Below the pieces are notes generated by a model, which saw nothing but the letters and a program-made list of their open reading frames with translations, had not been told where the DNA came from and searched no databases. Shown piece by piece: positions 29,701 to 37,897 of a DNA stretch of 64,000 bases. A program made the position numbers and the translations under genes. Positions within the stretch are counted from its first letter, which is position 1; every line of letters starts with the position of its first letter. The DNA comes from Eubacteriales bacterium (GTDB taxonomy: Bacteria; Bacillota; Clostridia; Oscillospirales; CAG-272): the NCBI GenBank assembly GCA_045655765.1, contig JAZOQA010000022.1, forward strand, positions 4,573 through 68,572, in the 5' to 3' direction.

Positions 29701-32700
29701 CGTATTGCAGAGAATGTAACGGCAGAGATTGTCGGCTATAACCCATACGGCAATTCAGCCACAGAACGCACGACAGGTAATGCCATTCAGTTTGCCTTTG
29801 CCACAAAGAACATCAAGGAGGCAAGTGCCAAACTCATTGAGTGCTACGACCCCGATAGCGGTGTAGGCTTCTATTTGTGCGGTAATAAGGCTGCTATCTA
29901 CTGCAAGACAGGACAGCCTACATTGGTAGAGCGTTCGTTCAAGTGTGCCGAGAAACACACAATGGCGGTAGTCGTTGAGCCGTCCACCATCTATGTAACA
30001 CGTGGTGGCAGCAACTACTCGTGCATCAAACTGTACTTGGACGGTGAGGAGGTGGGCTGTATCGGTTACATCAGCAATAGCGGTGCTATCCTCAACAGCA
30101 AGACAATCACATTCAATGGAACTGAGGGCGATTTGTATCTGTACTATTTCCTTGCCTACGACAGCCATTATGAGTGGGCACAGGCATTTCAGAACTACTT
30201 GTGCAAATTGACCGATACCCCTGCTATGATTGCGGAGTACGAGAAAGAGGATGTGCTTGACACGCAGAACCGCCCGACACTTGAAAAACTGAAAGAGAAA
30301 GGTATCCCGTACTATGTCGTAGTACAGGAGCAATCCACCTTTGACACGTTTGACGGCGATATTGACACAAGCAAGAAGTTTGAGTGTACGCTGTACTACT
30401 ACCACCCGACAATGCCTTGGCGCAGCTTTAAGGCAGTAAAAGTTCAGTGGCGCAGACAGGGTACGACTTCGGCAAAACGTCCTATCAAGAATGACCGCTT
30501 CTACTTGCGCAAGAATGAGGGCTGGGAAGTAACACCTATCTACCCGGACTACACCAACGAGGATGCGTTGATTTCATACGAGTTGATGAAACTCGGCTAT
30601 GTGCGTGTAGGCGAAAACTCCATTCCTGTAAGCATCATCACCGTAAAGGTGGACTATTCGGACAGCTCGGGTGTAAACGACTGCGGTGTTTGTGACTTGA
30701 TGAACGCTACTTATCGTGCGCTCGGCAGCAACTATCTGACCCCTGCACAGCGAGCCTTTGACGGCACTTGGGAGAAGAAAGGAGTAAGGCTGACAGGCTT
30801 ACAGATGAACCACTCAACCGCCAACCACCCGATTGCGGCATTCCGTTCGACAATGGAGAGCCTTACCGATGCTTGGTTTCACGCAAAGGGCAATTGGAAA
30901 GAGGATAAGAACGAACAGTTGGCACTTGGTTTCCTTGATACACCCGGCTACAACTTAGGCTGTGTGAACTATGGCGATTTCATTGAGTATTTCGGTAAGG
31001 AGGGCGAAACACTTGACCAAATCGAAATGCGCTTCAAGAATGACAGCACCACCGACAAGAGCCAACTTTACCTGTTGTCGCTCTACTGTGGCGAGAACTA
31101 CCGCTTTATGGCATACGAGAGCGGAGCGTGGACGGCACAGAAAGGCGAAATGAAGCAGGTAAACGGCAAGTGGCAGATAACAGGTAAGGTGCTCAACCCT
31201 GTGAGCGGTTACGAGTTGTTGAGTTATGACGGCTTGAATTGGTGGCAGGGAGTTGGCAGCATTGCCGATATGATGGAGCCGACCACCGCCGAAGCATCTT
31301 GGGTTACCAAACTGAAACTCGGACAGCCTACATACCCGATGTGGACACGCTACTTCGAGTGTATGATTGACGATGACCAACTGCAAGAGGACTTGGCAAT
31401 GGGTCGCAAAGTTCCATACGACCTGTATCAGATGTTGGTGTTCTGTAATAGTTGCGACTATTCAAAGGCTGAACTTGCCGACACTTGGCAGAACATTTGG
31501 AAAACGCAGATGTGGAAGTATGCCAATCCGTACTCGCTTGTGGCGTACTACCTCTTTACTGACTACCTCGCAGCCGTTGACCAACAGGCGAAGAATATGC
31601 AGCCTATGTGGTTCTTGGAGGACGGATGTAGTGTGAAAGACGGCGTATATAGCGGTGCGAACGGTATGAACGCACGCCGTATGTACTGTAACAAGGTGTA
31701 TGACTGTGATACCTGTAACGGAAAGGACAATGACGGTGGACAGACCATTGACCCCGAAGTTGACCCGGGCGACTTGACAAGCAGCGCATACGCAGGACGT
31801 GGCTCTGTGCTTTGGAACAACATCAGAGGACAGCAGACAATGGAGGTTGACCAAAACGGCAACACCATTACCCTGTTGGCTATCGCTGACACTATGCGTT
31901 CATTGCCGGACACACTCGGCATTGGTGCAGGACCATTCTCGCCAAAGGGCGCATTGCACTACTTTGTTGATGAGCGTCTGAAGAAGTGGCCAAAGGTTGT
32001 TTCAAGTTTTGACGGAGAGCGTAAGTACATCAAGTACACAGGTTATAGCGACATCTATTTCTACGCTCTGCAAGGTCTTGGATTGACCTCTCTTCCTGCG
32101 TTCATTGAACAGCGTTGGCGCATCAGAGACGGTTACTACCGTTGTGGCGACTTCAAGGCTGAAAGCGGTTATATCGGCGGTCGTATTGGTGCAAAGGACG
32201 GTGCAGTTATCCGTTTCAAAGCAGCCAAGACAGGTTATTTCGGTATCGGTAACGATAGCGGTAACATTACCGAGGGTATCTACCTGCAAGCAGGCGAAGA
32301 GGGCGTGTTCAGCAACTTCCAACACGGTGAGAACATTATGCTCTACATATACCAGGCAGACCGTATGAGTATGCTTGACTTGAGCGAAGTGAGCATCGAC
32401 CCACAGTTCGGTAACACCTTGTCGAAAATGGCACTCTTGCAGGAGTTGTATTTGGGTAGCGAGACACACGGAGATTGGACAATGTCGCCCGGTAACACAG
32501 GCTATATGACCAATCTTGATTTGGGCGATATGCCGTTCTTGCGTATTCTTGATGTGCGCAATACCGAGGTGCAGACGATGAACGCATCGAAGTGTCCTCG
32601 CTTGGTATCGGTATATGCAGAAAGCACCTCGCTTTCTACCATTACCCTTGCCGAGACATCGCCTATCAAGGAACTGACACTGCCCAACACGATGACCGAA

Positions 32701-34707
32701 ATTGTGTTGAACAACCTGCCAAGCCTTACCTATCCGGGCGGTTTGAAGATTGCAGGTATGGGCAAGGTTGCAAAGGTATTTGTGAACAACTGTTCTCACG
32801 TTGATACAATGAGCCTGTTGGAACAGATTACCACCGCAAGTGCGTTGAAAACCGTTCGTATTCCTAACGTGAACGTGTCGGCAAGCGTTGATATGCTCCG
32901 TGCTGTCAAGGATAGCGGTGCAATCGGTCTTGATGCCAACGGCAATGCCTACGATGAGAGCGGACAGTGTAGCGGTATCACAGGACGATGGATATTGACC
33001 GAACTTATTGAGGAAAGCGAAGTAGCAGCTTTGCAGGACTACTTCAAGGAGTTGAGCATCTACAACGCCCAATTCTCGCAGGTTATCTTTAATGACGAGG
33101 AAGAGGATTGCTACAACATCACGAATGTGGATAACAAGACAGGTTACCTGTATGGCAACAAGTACGAGAAGAGCGGACACTTTGCACGTATAGAGGCAGA
33201 GAGCCACGCCTACCGTGCCATCTATGATGCAAGTGCAGGAGCGATGAAATGCCGTCAGTTGAGCGATGCCGACTACAATTATTTTGCAGACGGTACGCAA
33301 CTTGACTTGAGCGATACATCGGGCGAAGGTTTTGATATTATGAAGCGTTTGAAGCCTTATTGGTATAAGGGTGTGAACGACTACAAAAATCAGCAGAAGC
33401 ACTTCTTTGCCTCATCGCAAGAGAATGAGCCTATGAGTACCGCCAACAAGATAACCCGAAAGAAACTGAGCGAAATTCTGTTGCAGGAACTATCCTCTGT
33501 GTTCGTGTCGGGCAACAGTGTGGGCAGTCCGTTGGTGATTACCGAGAACGCCAACCACAACACCTATTCGATGGATGTTGAGGGTATGAAGCAGGTACGC
33601 TTCCCCGGTGTCAATTCGAGTGCGGTCGGTGGTGCTTTCGTGGATGAAAACGACAATGTGGTATCGTTGTTCAATATGTACGTTACACATTCTCTGTTTG
33701 ACTTCACACCGGGTGAATACATCTTCTGTGATGTTCCGCAGGGTGCTAAACGCTTTGTGTTCTCTTCACAGACAGGATTGGACGATATTGAGACAATCGC
33801 CGTAGATAGCAATGCCATTGAAGCTATTGAGCCTGATTGGGTGCATACTCCCGACCGTCTCATCGGTGTATATGGTGCATCTGTGGACGGACTTATGCGC
33901 TTGCGCTCTATCAGCGGTGTAAAATCGCAGGTAGGTACAGGAGCCGCCACAAATACCGAATGGACTTACGATGAGAACGGAAAGGTAACCAATGTTACTG
34001 CGCCCAATGTAAAGGGCTTTTCTTGCAAGGACTTTATGAACCTTGCTATGTTCCGCAGGAACGGCTATCAAGCCATTGACTACGAAATGAGCAAGGACGT
34101 TGCCAACCTTGTTATGGCATTGATTGGTACACGTGATATTCAAGCATACGCAGGCTATGGTTGCAGTGCAGGTTATACGACAGGTGCGAACTCGCTGAAC
34201 ACCTATGGTAATCAGACACGTAAGTATTCGGGTAGCAATATCGGTAACTTGATATTCGGTATTCAGAACTTCGTAGGCTGTAACTATGAGTGGACTGACA
34301 ATGTAGCGGTGAACGTGGTATCGTTCAAGTCGTTCTTGAAGAACAAAGGTGTTGCCATTACTGCCGATGTGGTTGATAGAGTTGTACATATCTATGACCC
34401 TGCAACCGATACTGAGCGTACAGTTAAAATGTGCGATGGTACAGGTTATTGCATCGGGCGTGTCCGCTTTGGTCGTTACTGTGGCTATTTTGCATCAAGA
34501 CTTACAAATGACAATTCCGCTTGGAATAAGTGGTACACTGACGCACAATACTATACCGCAGATAAAGCCCGTGTGGTTGGTCGTGGCGGTAACAATGCGG
34601 TTGCGGTCGTCGGTCTCGTCTGTTCGGTCGCGAATAACGCGTCTTCGCACTCGAACACGAACTACGGCTCTCGGCTCGCCTTCATCGGAAAAATCGAAAT
34701 TGAGTAA
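26776..34707 (+). CDS. Giant tail fibre / receptor-binding protein (2,643 aa); DGR target 1
   Basis: It has the fibre-type motif GAANGLAPLGDDAKIPATYLP (about 27330-27400), an N-terminal coiled coil, leucine-rich repeats (about 32370-32880), and a C-terminal C-type-lectin-like variable segment VVGRGGNNAVAVVGLVCSVANNASSHSNTNYGSRLAF that contains VR1. Confidence 0.85.
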   Translation: MSSIKTTQIDGDVSVGRNVAVGGRVTVQGSSQFKGSVKIEGWLDAKNIKGANKGIFTSIEKLKAAYPLPHDGWWAIVGKTLPGPIYVGDGGEWVATGEEGGNPTVDSEQYNEAVAELQGDIALLEQDVKDIEAKDKAQDTQLTTIGGQVNNLQTKLDTVESTANEAKTKANSVGADLASFKATKGAANGLAPLGDDAKIPATYLPGFVDDVIEFAEAVEKIVVQQTELGSVSEYTRVVYNKDSNVFVIARIVEIENESGEIENEIYYYPKWEDSEIWGLQSYNGVIPQAGKVYVDKSRNITYRWSGSTLVAIGSDLALGYTDSTAFPGSDGKKLQDDMQTAQTNISTLNKNLTGATAHIIARSVVNVNQLFGLTGREITFAVALDRIANYEAAATIQIPGVVLTFLTENGWQSKQWTNTADWTTESNWTDFGANGESIGNTINVNALCDNIEYSLSTAIQAVQDLEKESGLSYFKSGVVLTFKTADTDLNGAPVWLAYQFTREVADINPADEKPWVAFGGGGSGNVETADVPEKAGKQALSTGGAYEMQEKAIGGFDEESDEDYIYYKAVNLNGAQLPDVQIKIPKNTGGGGSSEDSTLSIYFEEAAPTVAYGSDIIVNVALRSVSYPDGNEVLGVIRSLAIVDASTGLTLFSESMNEVGSASATDYKFALDFTEYFSSAASKSFFVQATDADGNSKKKAITIVAVDVTVEQPMALNYTSSTALTVGGSAKSIGQFYKFPNNSSSILAVVEMLYNGEWKKLGEATVSDSYTKSISVNPSNVFGGGERLLHGAYPVRIYGIETKSRVRGNTIYSAIMCVDADNTTPIVAIRFNDTNNGSLRLYDNLTVEVAAYTSGKTETPIRVYYGDELVTSVEAMIAETIKVNKQIQGYRTDGTQQIIVHAESGLSITNPIEVTVSGSAIGAVIKDGALFGFDFASRSNSESDHTIKNNGVEMVVKGSNYSSNGFVDYLGERCLRIAENVTAEIVGYNPYGNSATERTTGNAIQFAFATKNIKEASAKLIECYDPDSGVGFYLCGNKAAIYCKTGQPTLVERSFKCAEKHTMAVVVEPSTIYVTRGGSNYSCIKLYLDGEEVGCIGYISNSGAILNSKTITFNGTEGDLYLYYFLAYDSHYEWAQAFQNYLCKLTDTPAMIAEYEKEDVLDTQNRPTLEKLKEKGIPYYVVVQEQSTFDTFDGDIDTSKKFECTLYYYHPTMPWRSFKAVKVQWRRQGTTSAKRPIKNDRFYLRKNEGWEVTPIYPDYTNEDALISYELMKLGYVRVGENSIPVSIITVKVDYSDSSGVNDCGVCDLMNATYRALGSNYLTPAQRAFDGTWEKKGVRLTGLQMNHSTANHPIAAFRSTMESLTDAWFHAKGNWKEDKNEQLALGFLDTPGYNLGCVNYGDFIEYFGKEGETLDQIEMRFKNDSTTDKSQLYLLSLYCGENYRFMAYESGAWTAQKGEMKQVNGKWQITGKVLNPVSGYELLSYDGLNWWQGVGSIADMMEPTTAEASWVTKLKLGQPTYPMWTRYFECMIDDDQLQEDLAMGRKVPYDLYQMLVFCNSCDYSKAELADTWQNIWKTQMWKYANPYSLVAYYLFTDYLAAVDQQAKNMQPMWFLEDGCSVKDGVYSGANGMNARRMYCNKVYDCDTCNGKDNDGGQTIDPEVDPGDLTSSAYAGRGSVLWNNIRGQQTMEVDQNGNTITLLAIADTMRSLPDTLGIGAGPFSPKGALHYFVDERLKKWPKVVSSFDGERKYIKYTGYSDIYFYALQGLGLTSLPAFIEQRWRIRDGYYRCGDFKAESGYIGGRIGAKDGAVIRFKAAKTGYFGIGNDSGNITEGIYLQAGEEGVFSNFQHGENIMLYIYQADRMSMLDLSEVSIDPQFGNTLSKMALLQELYLGSETHGDWTMSPGNTGYMTNLDLGDMPFLRILDVRNTEVQTMNASKCPRLVSVYAESTSLSTITLAETSPIKELTLPNTMTEIVLNNLPSLTYPGGLKIAGMGKVAKVFVNNCSHVDTMSLLEQITTASALKTVRIPNVNVSASVDMLRAVKDSGAIGLDANGNAYDESGQCSGITGRWILTELIEESEVAALQDYFKELSIYNAQFSQVIFNDEEEDCYNITNVDNKTGYLYGNKYEKSGHFARIEAESHAYRAIYDASAGAMKCRQLSDADYNYFADGTQLDLSDTSGEGFDIMKRLKPYWYKGVNDYKNQQKHFFASSQENEPMSTANKITRKKLSEILLQELSSVFVSGNSVGSPLVITENANHNTYSMDVEGMKQVRFPGVNSSAVGGAFVDENDNVVSLFNMYVTHSLFDFTPGEYIFCDVPQGAKRFVFSSQTGLDDIETIAVDSNAIEAIEPDWVHTPDRLIGVYGASVDGLMRLRSISGVKSQVGTGAATNTEWTYDENGKVTNVTAPNVKGFSCKDFMNLAMFRRNGYQAIDYEMSKDVANLVMALIGTRDIQAYAGYGCSAGYTTGANSLNTYGNQTRKYSGSNIGNLIFGIQNFVGCNYEWTDNVAVNVVSFKSFLKNKGVAITADVVDRVVHIYDPATDTERTVKMCDGTGYCIGRVRFGRYCGYFASRLTNDNSAWNKWYTDAQYYTADKARVVGRGGNNAVAVVGLVCSVANNASSHSNTNYGSRLAFIGKIEIE
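34569..34677 (+). repeat. DGR variable repeat VR1
   Basis: A 109-bp gap-free alignment to the TR. There are 12 mismatches, all at TR adenines. Confidence 0.9.
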
Positions 34708-34739
34708 AGCGATGGAAGCGAAAAGAACGAAACACGTCA

Positions 34740-34773
34740 GAGTGAGAGACCCTGTTTAGGGGTCTGCTCACTC
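34740..34773 (+). terminator. Stem-loop after the fibre stop codon (terminator or DGR-associated structure)
   Basis: GAGTGAGAGACCC-tgtttag-GGGTCTgCTCACTC forms a 13-bp stem with one bulge. The trailing T-tract is weak. Two further small hairpins follow: CCGCCC/GGGCGG at 34784-34801 and GCAGTC-GCAA-GACTGC at 34827-34842. Confidence 0.4.
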
Positions 34774-34866
34774 TTGCCTGTTACCGCCCGACAAAGGGCG
34801 GCGAGAAAAGAAATGAAAGTTTAACGGCAGTCGCAAGACTGCAAAAAAGGTAGAGTGTCTCCATAG

Positions 34867-34975
34867 CCGTGTGGTTGGTCGTGGCGGTAACAATGCGAAT
34901 GCGAACAACGGTCTCGTCTATTCGAACGCGAATAACGCATCTTCGAACTCGAACACGAACAACGGCTCTCGGCTC
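34867..34975 (+). repeat. DGR template repeat (TR)
   Basis: An AAC/AAT-rich 109-bp non-coding copy of VR1 and VR2 with 27 adenines, located 170 nt upstream of the RT gene. It may extend to 34985. Confidence 0.9.
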
Positions 34976-35145
34976 ACAATCAAAGCAAATAAACGTGGGT
35001 GTTGTTCACCACGCTTATATATAATCGTTCTAACTGCACGGCTACGTGTAGCCACCGCAGGGAGCGAGAGACACGAGCCTCGGCAACCCTCTCCGCAAGG
35101 AAGAAAGCCGGAACATAACTGAGTGCCTTGAAGGCATAGAACAAT

Positions 35146-36498
35146 ATGGAAAAGACAATATTTCCCCTCAACAATCTGATGAGCGAGATTGCTACGAGGG
35201 AGAATGTAGAAGAAGCCTTTGACTACGTTGTCAGCCACCTTGAATGTAAGGAACAGCGTGAGAAATACTACCCTCAACGAGAGAAGATGTGTAGCAGGCT
35301 GCTGAAAGACTTGGCAAACGGGACATTCCGTATTACCGAGTTCAACGAAATGGAGGTCAAAGATGGTCCGAAAGTAAGGCGAGTGCAAGCCCCACGAGTG
35401 TATGGGCGTGTCGGTTGCCACGCCATTATGGTAATTGTTGAGAAATACACTTACCCTACGCTCATCAAGAACACGGCGGCAAGTATTCCCGGACGTGGTA
35501 TGCATTGGCTACATCACATTGTTGAAGCCGATGTAAAGAGCGTGCCGGAACTGACACCGTTCTACTATCAGTGCGATATACACCACTACTACGATAGTAT
35601 TGAGCAGTGGAGAATGAAAGCATTGATAAGAGAATACATCAGCGACCCTGTGCTGTTGCCGATACTTGACAACTTTATCGAACTATTGCCCGAGGGTTTA
35701 TCAAAGGGACTACGTTCCTCGCAATGCTTCGCCAACCTGTTCCTGTCGAGGTTAGACCACCTTATGATAACGGAGGTGGCATCATACGAGTTGGAGCAGA
35801 AAGACGGCTCTTTTGAGGTGCGCTATCTGTATTACCGCTATTGCGATGACATTGTAATGTTGGCAAGCAGTAAAAAGGAACTATGGCGATTGAGGGACAT
35901 TCTTGTAGCCCACGTTGAAAGCATCGGATTGAGAGTGAAGCCCAACGAGGCTGTGCGCCCTCTTGAAGAATGCGGACTTGACTACCTCGGCTATGTGGAC
36001 TATCGCACACATTCGCTGATACGAAAGCGAACGAAACAGAAAGCAGCCCGACACTTGGCCAAGGTGAAATCGAGAAAGCGCAGGCAATCCATTATCGGCT
36101 CATTCAAAGGAATGGCGTGCCACGCTGATTGCAAACATTTGTATTATAAACTAACAGGAAAGAAAATGAAAAAGTTTGGAGAATTGGGTGTAACCTACAC
36201 CCCGAAAGACGGAAAGAAAAGATTTCCGGGTAACACTGTAAGACTTGCAGCGATACAGAACATACCCATAGAGATACACGACTATCAGACGGATATGAAA
36301 ACACCCCACGGCGATGGTCGCTATCTTGTTTCGTTCAAAGACAAGCAGACCGAACAATGGGGCAAGTTCTTTACCGCCTCGGAGGAAATGAAGAATATCC
36401 TTGACCAGATAAGCGACATTGAGGACGGTTTCCCATTTGAGACCAAAATCACGAGTGAGCGTTTTGACGGTAACAAAGTGAAGTACAGTTTCACATAG
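35146..36498 (+). CDS. DGR reverse transcriptase with a C-terminal extension
   Basis: A 450-aa ORF with RT motifs, including the DGR-typical ...GLRSSQCFANLFL... and YRYCDDIVML (CDD at 35842-35850). About 105-110 aa extend beyond the thumb region. Confidence 0.9.
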   Translation: MEKTIFPLNNLMSEIATRENVEEAFDYVVSHLECKEQREKYYPQREKMCSRLLKDLANGTFRITEFNEMEVKDGPKVRRVQAPRVYGRVGCHAIMVIVEKYTYPTLIKNTAASIPGRGMHWLHHIVEADVKSVPELTPFYYQCDIHHYYDSIEQWRMKALIREYISDPVLLPILDNFIELLPEGLSKGLRSSQCFANLFLSRLDHLMITEVASYELEQKDGSFEVRYLYYRYCDDIVMLASSKKELWRLRDILVAHVESIGLRVKPNEAVRPLEECGLDYLGYVDYRTHSLIRKRTKQKAARHLAKVKSRKRRQSIIGSFKGMACHADCKHLYYKLTGKKMKKFGELGVTYTPKDGKKRFPGNTVRLAAIQNIPIEIHDYQTDMKTPHGDGRYLVSFKDKQTEQWGKFFTASEEMKNILDQISDIEDGFPFETKITSERFDGNKVKYSFT

Positions 36499-36541
36499 CG
36501 GAAGCGTAACAAGATAAACAACTGAAAAAAGGCGGAGCAAG

Positions 36542-36549
36542 TATTTTTG
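36542..36549 (+). promoter_or_regulatory. Candidate -7 promoter box TATTTTTG
   Basis: The same octamer as at 23189, 24 nt upstream of the ATG at 36573 (start of the lysis-proximal operon). Confidence 0.3.
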
Positions 36550-36572
36550 TAGAAACTAATTAGTGCATCGCA

Positions 36573-37049
36573 ATGGAAAAAAGATACGGAGCCACCGAGA
36601 GGCACGACCGCCTAATGAAAATCGGTCGCAATAAATGGGAACTGATATACGGTTACGGCACAGATGGCGTGTCGGGTTGGACTTATAGGGAGCGTTTCAC
36701 ACGTAAGCCTACACAGGATGAGATAAAGGAGATTATCATCGCCCAAATCAACCGCAATGTGGAGGAAAAGATATTGTGCGGCTTGGTGTGGAAAGATATG
36801 CCTATATGGCTATCCACAGAAAACCAATTTAATTACAAGGCAGCTTATGACTTGGCTGTGCAGACAGGCGGACAATCGTTGCCTGTGAAGTTCAAGTTCG
36901 GCACAGACGAGCAGCCTGTTTACCACACATTCACTACGCTTGATGATTTGCAGGAGTTCTATATGACATCGTTGGCGTTCGTTCAGCAGGTGCTTGATGA
37001 GGGTTGGCAGGAAAAGGACAACCTCGATTTGAGTGTATTTAACCAATAA
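36573..37049 (+). CDS. Hypothetical protein (DUF4376-like; weak)
   Basis: A 158-aa ORF after the RT gene. It is W/Y-rich with a mixed-fold look (...KILCGLVWKDMPIWLSTENQFNYKAAYDLA...). It does not look like a helical Avd. Confidence 0.45.
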   Translation: MEKRYGATERHDRLMKIGRNKWELIYGYGTDGVSGWTYRERFTRKPTQDEIKEIIIAQINRNVEEKILCGLVWKDMPIWLSTENQFNYKAAYDLAVQTGGQSLPVKFKFGTDEQPVYHTFTTLDDLQEFYMTSLAFVQQVLDEGWQEKDNLDLSVFNQ

Positions 37050-37061
37050 CAGATACATTTT

Positions 37062-37295
37062 ATGAAGAAACTTATTGAATGGCTGAAAACGAGCAGCAGA
37101 TGGAAACACCTTTTAGGAGGTATGTGTATCGGCATAGGTGCTAACAGTTGGTATTGTGCCGGGTATGCAGGTTTAATTGCCGCAGGTGCTTTGGAGTACA
37201 AAGACAAGGCGCACGGCGGTGAATGGGATTGGATAGACTTTGGACTGACAGCAGTCGGAGCATTTATAGGACACACTATAAGGGCAGTGCTATGA
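37062..37295 (+). CDS. Small membrane protein, holin candidate
   Basis: A 77-aa ORF with two hydrophobic helices (LLGGMCIGIGANSWYCAGYAGLIAAGAL and WIDFGLTAVGAFIGHTI), two genes upstream of the amidase. Confidence 0.45.
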   Translation: MKKLIEWLKTSSRWKHLLGGMCIGIGANSWYCAGYAGLIAAGALEYKDKAHGGEWDWIDFGLTAVGAFIGHTIRAVL

Positions 37296-37894
37296 ACGAG
37301 GTACAAGGTGTAACACAGATTGCCGAGGGTATCAGTAACTTCGGTGTAATGGTGGTTATATGCTCCGCATTCATCGTATTGTCTCTGTTGATGTGGGTTG
37401 CTCTATTCAAATGGTTCAAGAGTATCATTGACAGCACGATGACCAACAATGCCAAGATGATGAGCGAACTCTTGGAGACCACCAACAAGCAGAATGAGCT
37501 GCTGAACGACATTGCGGACGGGATGCGCCCTGCCACGCTGTTGCAGATAAAGAACATATCAAACACGTGTTTTGATTTGGCTGTGGAGCGTGTGTGCCGC
37601 ATCATCAAAAAGGTGCGTGAGGAGAACAACATCGTCAACAAGGAAGCGACCAAAGCGAAGATACGCACGTTGCTCTGCAACTTGCACGAGGACAGAAACA
37701 GCCGCTTCGACAACCACCGATACAGGGGTAAAACCTTGACGCAGTACACCACACCCGAATGGATTGATTGGGTGGCAGGCGTTGTTGAGAGTGAGGTATA
37801 TGCCGAGACACAGAACAATGCACGTGCGTTCACGAATGTTGAGGCTGTCTATTCTAAAATCAGACTTGATTTCTATCACAAACTTACCGATTAG
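37292..37894 (+). CDS. N-terminally membrane-anchored protein (lysis-associated candidate)
   Basis: The ATG overlaps the previous stop (ATGA). It has a TM anchor FGVMVVICSAFIVLSLLMWVALF and a helical C-terminal part. The ORF-track start at 37223 is rejected in favour of 37292. Confidence 0.5.
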   Translation: MNEVQGVTQIAEGISNFGVMVVICSAFIVLSLLMWVALFKWFKSIIDSTMTNNAKMMSELLETTNKQNELLNDIADGMRPATLLQIKNISNTCFDLAVERVCRIIKKVREENNIVNKEATKAKIRTLLCNLHEDRNSRFDNHRYRGKTLTQYTTPEWIDWVAGVVESEVYAETQNNARAFTNVEAVYSKIRLDFYHKLTD

Positions 37895-37897
37895 GAT

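Noticed and set aside
30400-31800. CotH-like kinase domain in the fibre
   Set aside because: Only loose motif resemblance was seen (RRQGTTSAKRPIK, YDCDTCNG). This is insufficient by eye, so it is mentioned as a hypothesis but not annotated.
34871-35122. 83-aa plus-strand ORF (MVGRGGNNANANNGLVYSNANNASSNSNTNNGSRL...)
   Set aside because: It is the DGR template repeat read as protein. The Asn-rich sequence reflects AAC/AAT template codons. There is no independent start context, and downstream it runs through the structured TR-RT spacer.
36573-37049. Candidate Avd (DGR accessory) gene downstream of the RT gene
   Set aside because: At 158 aa, W/Y-rich, with apparent beta segments and no strongly basic helical-bundle character, it does not look like Avd. 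A profile search is needed to be sure.
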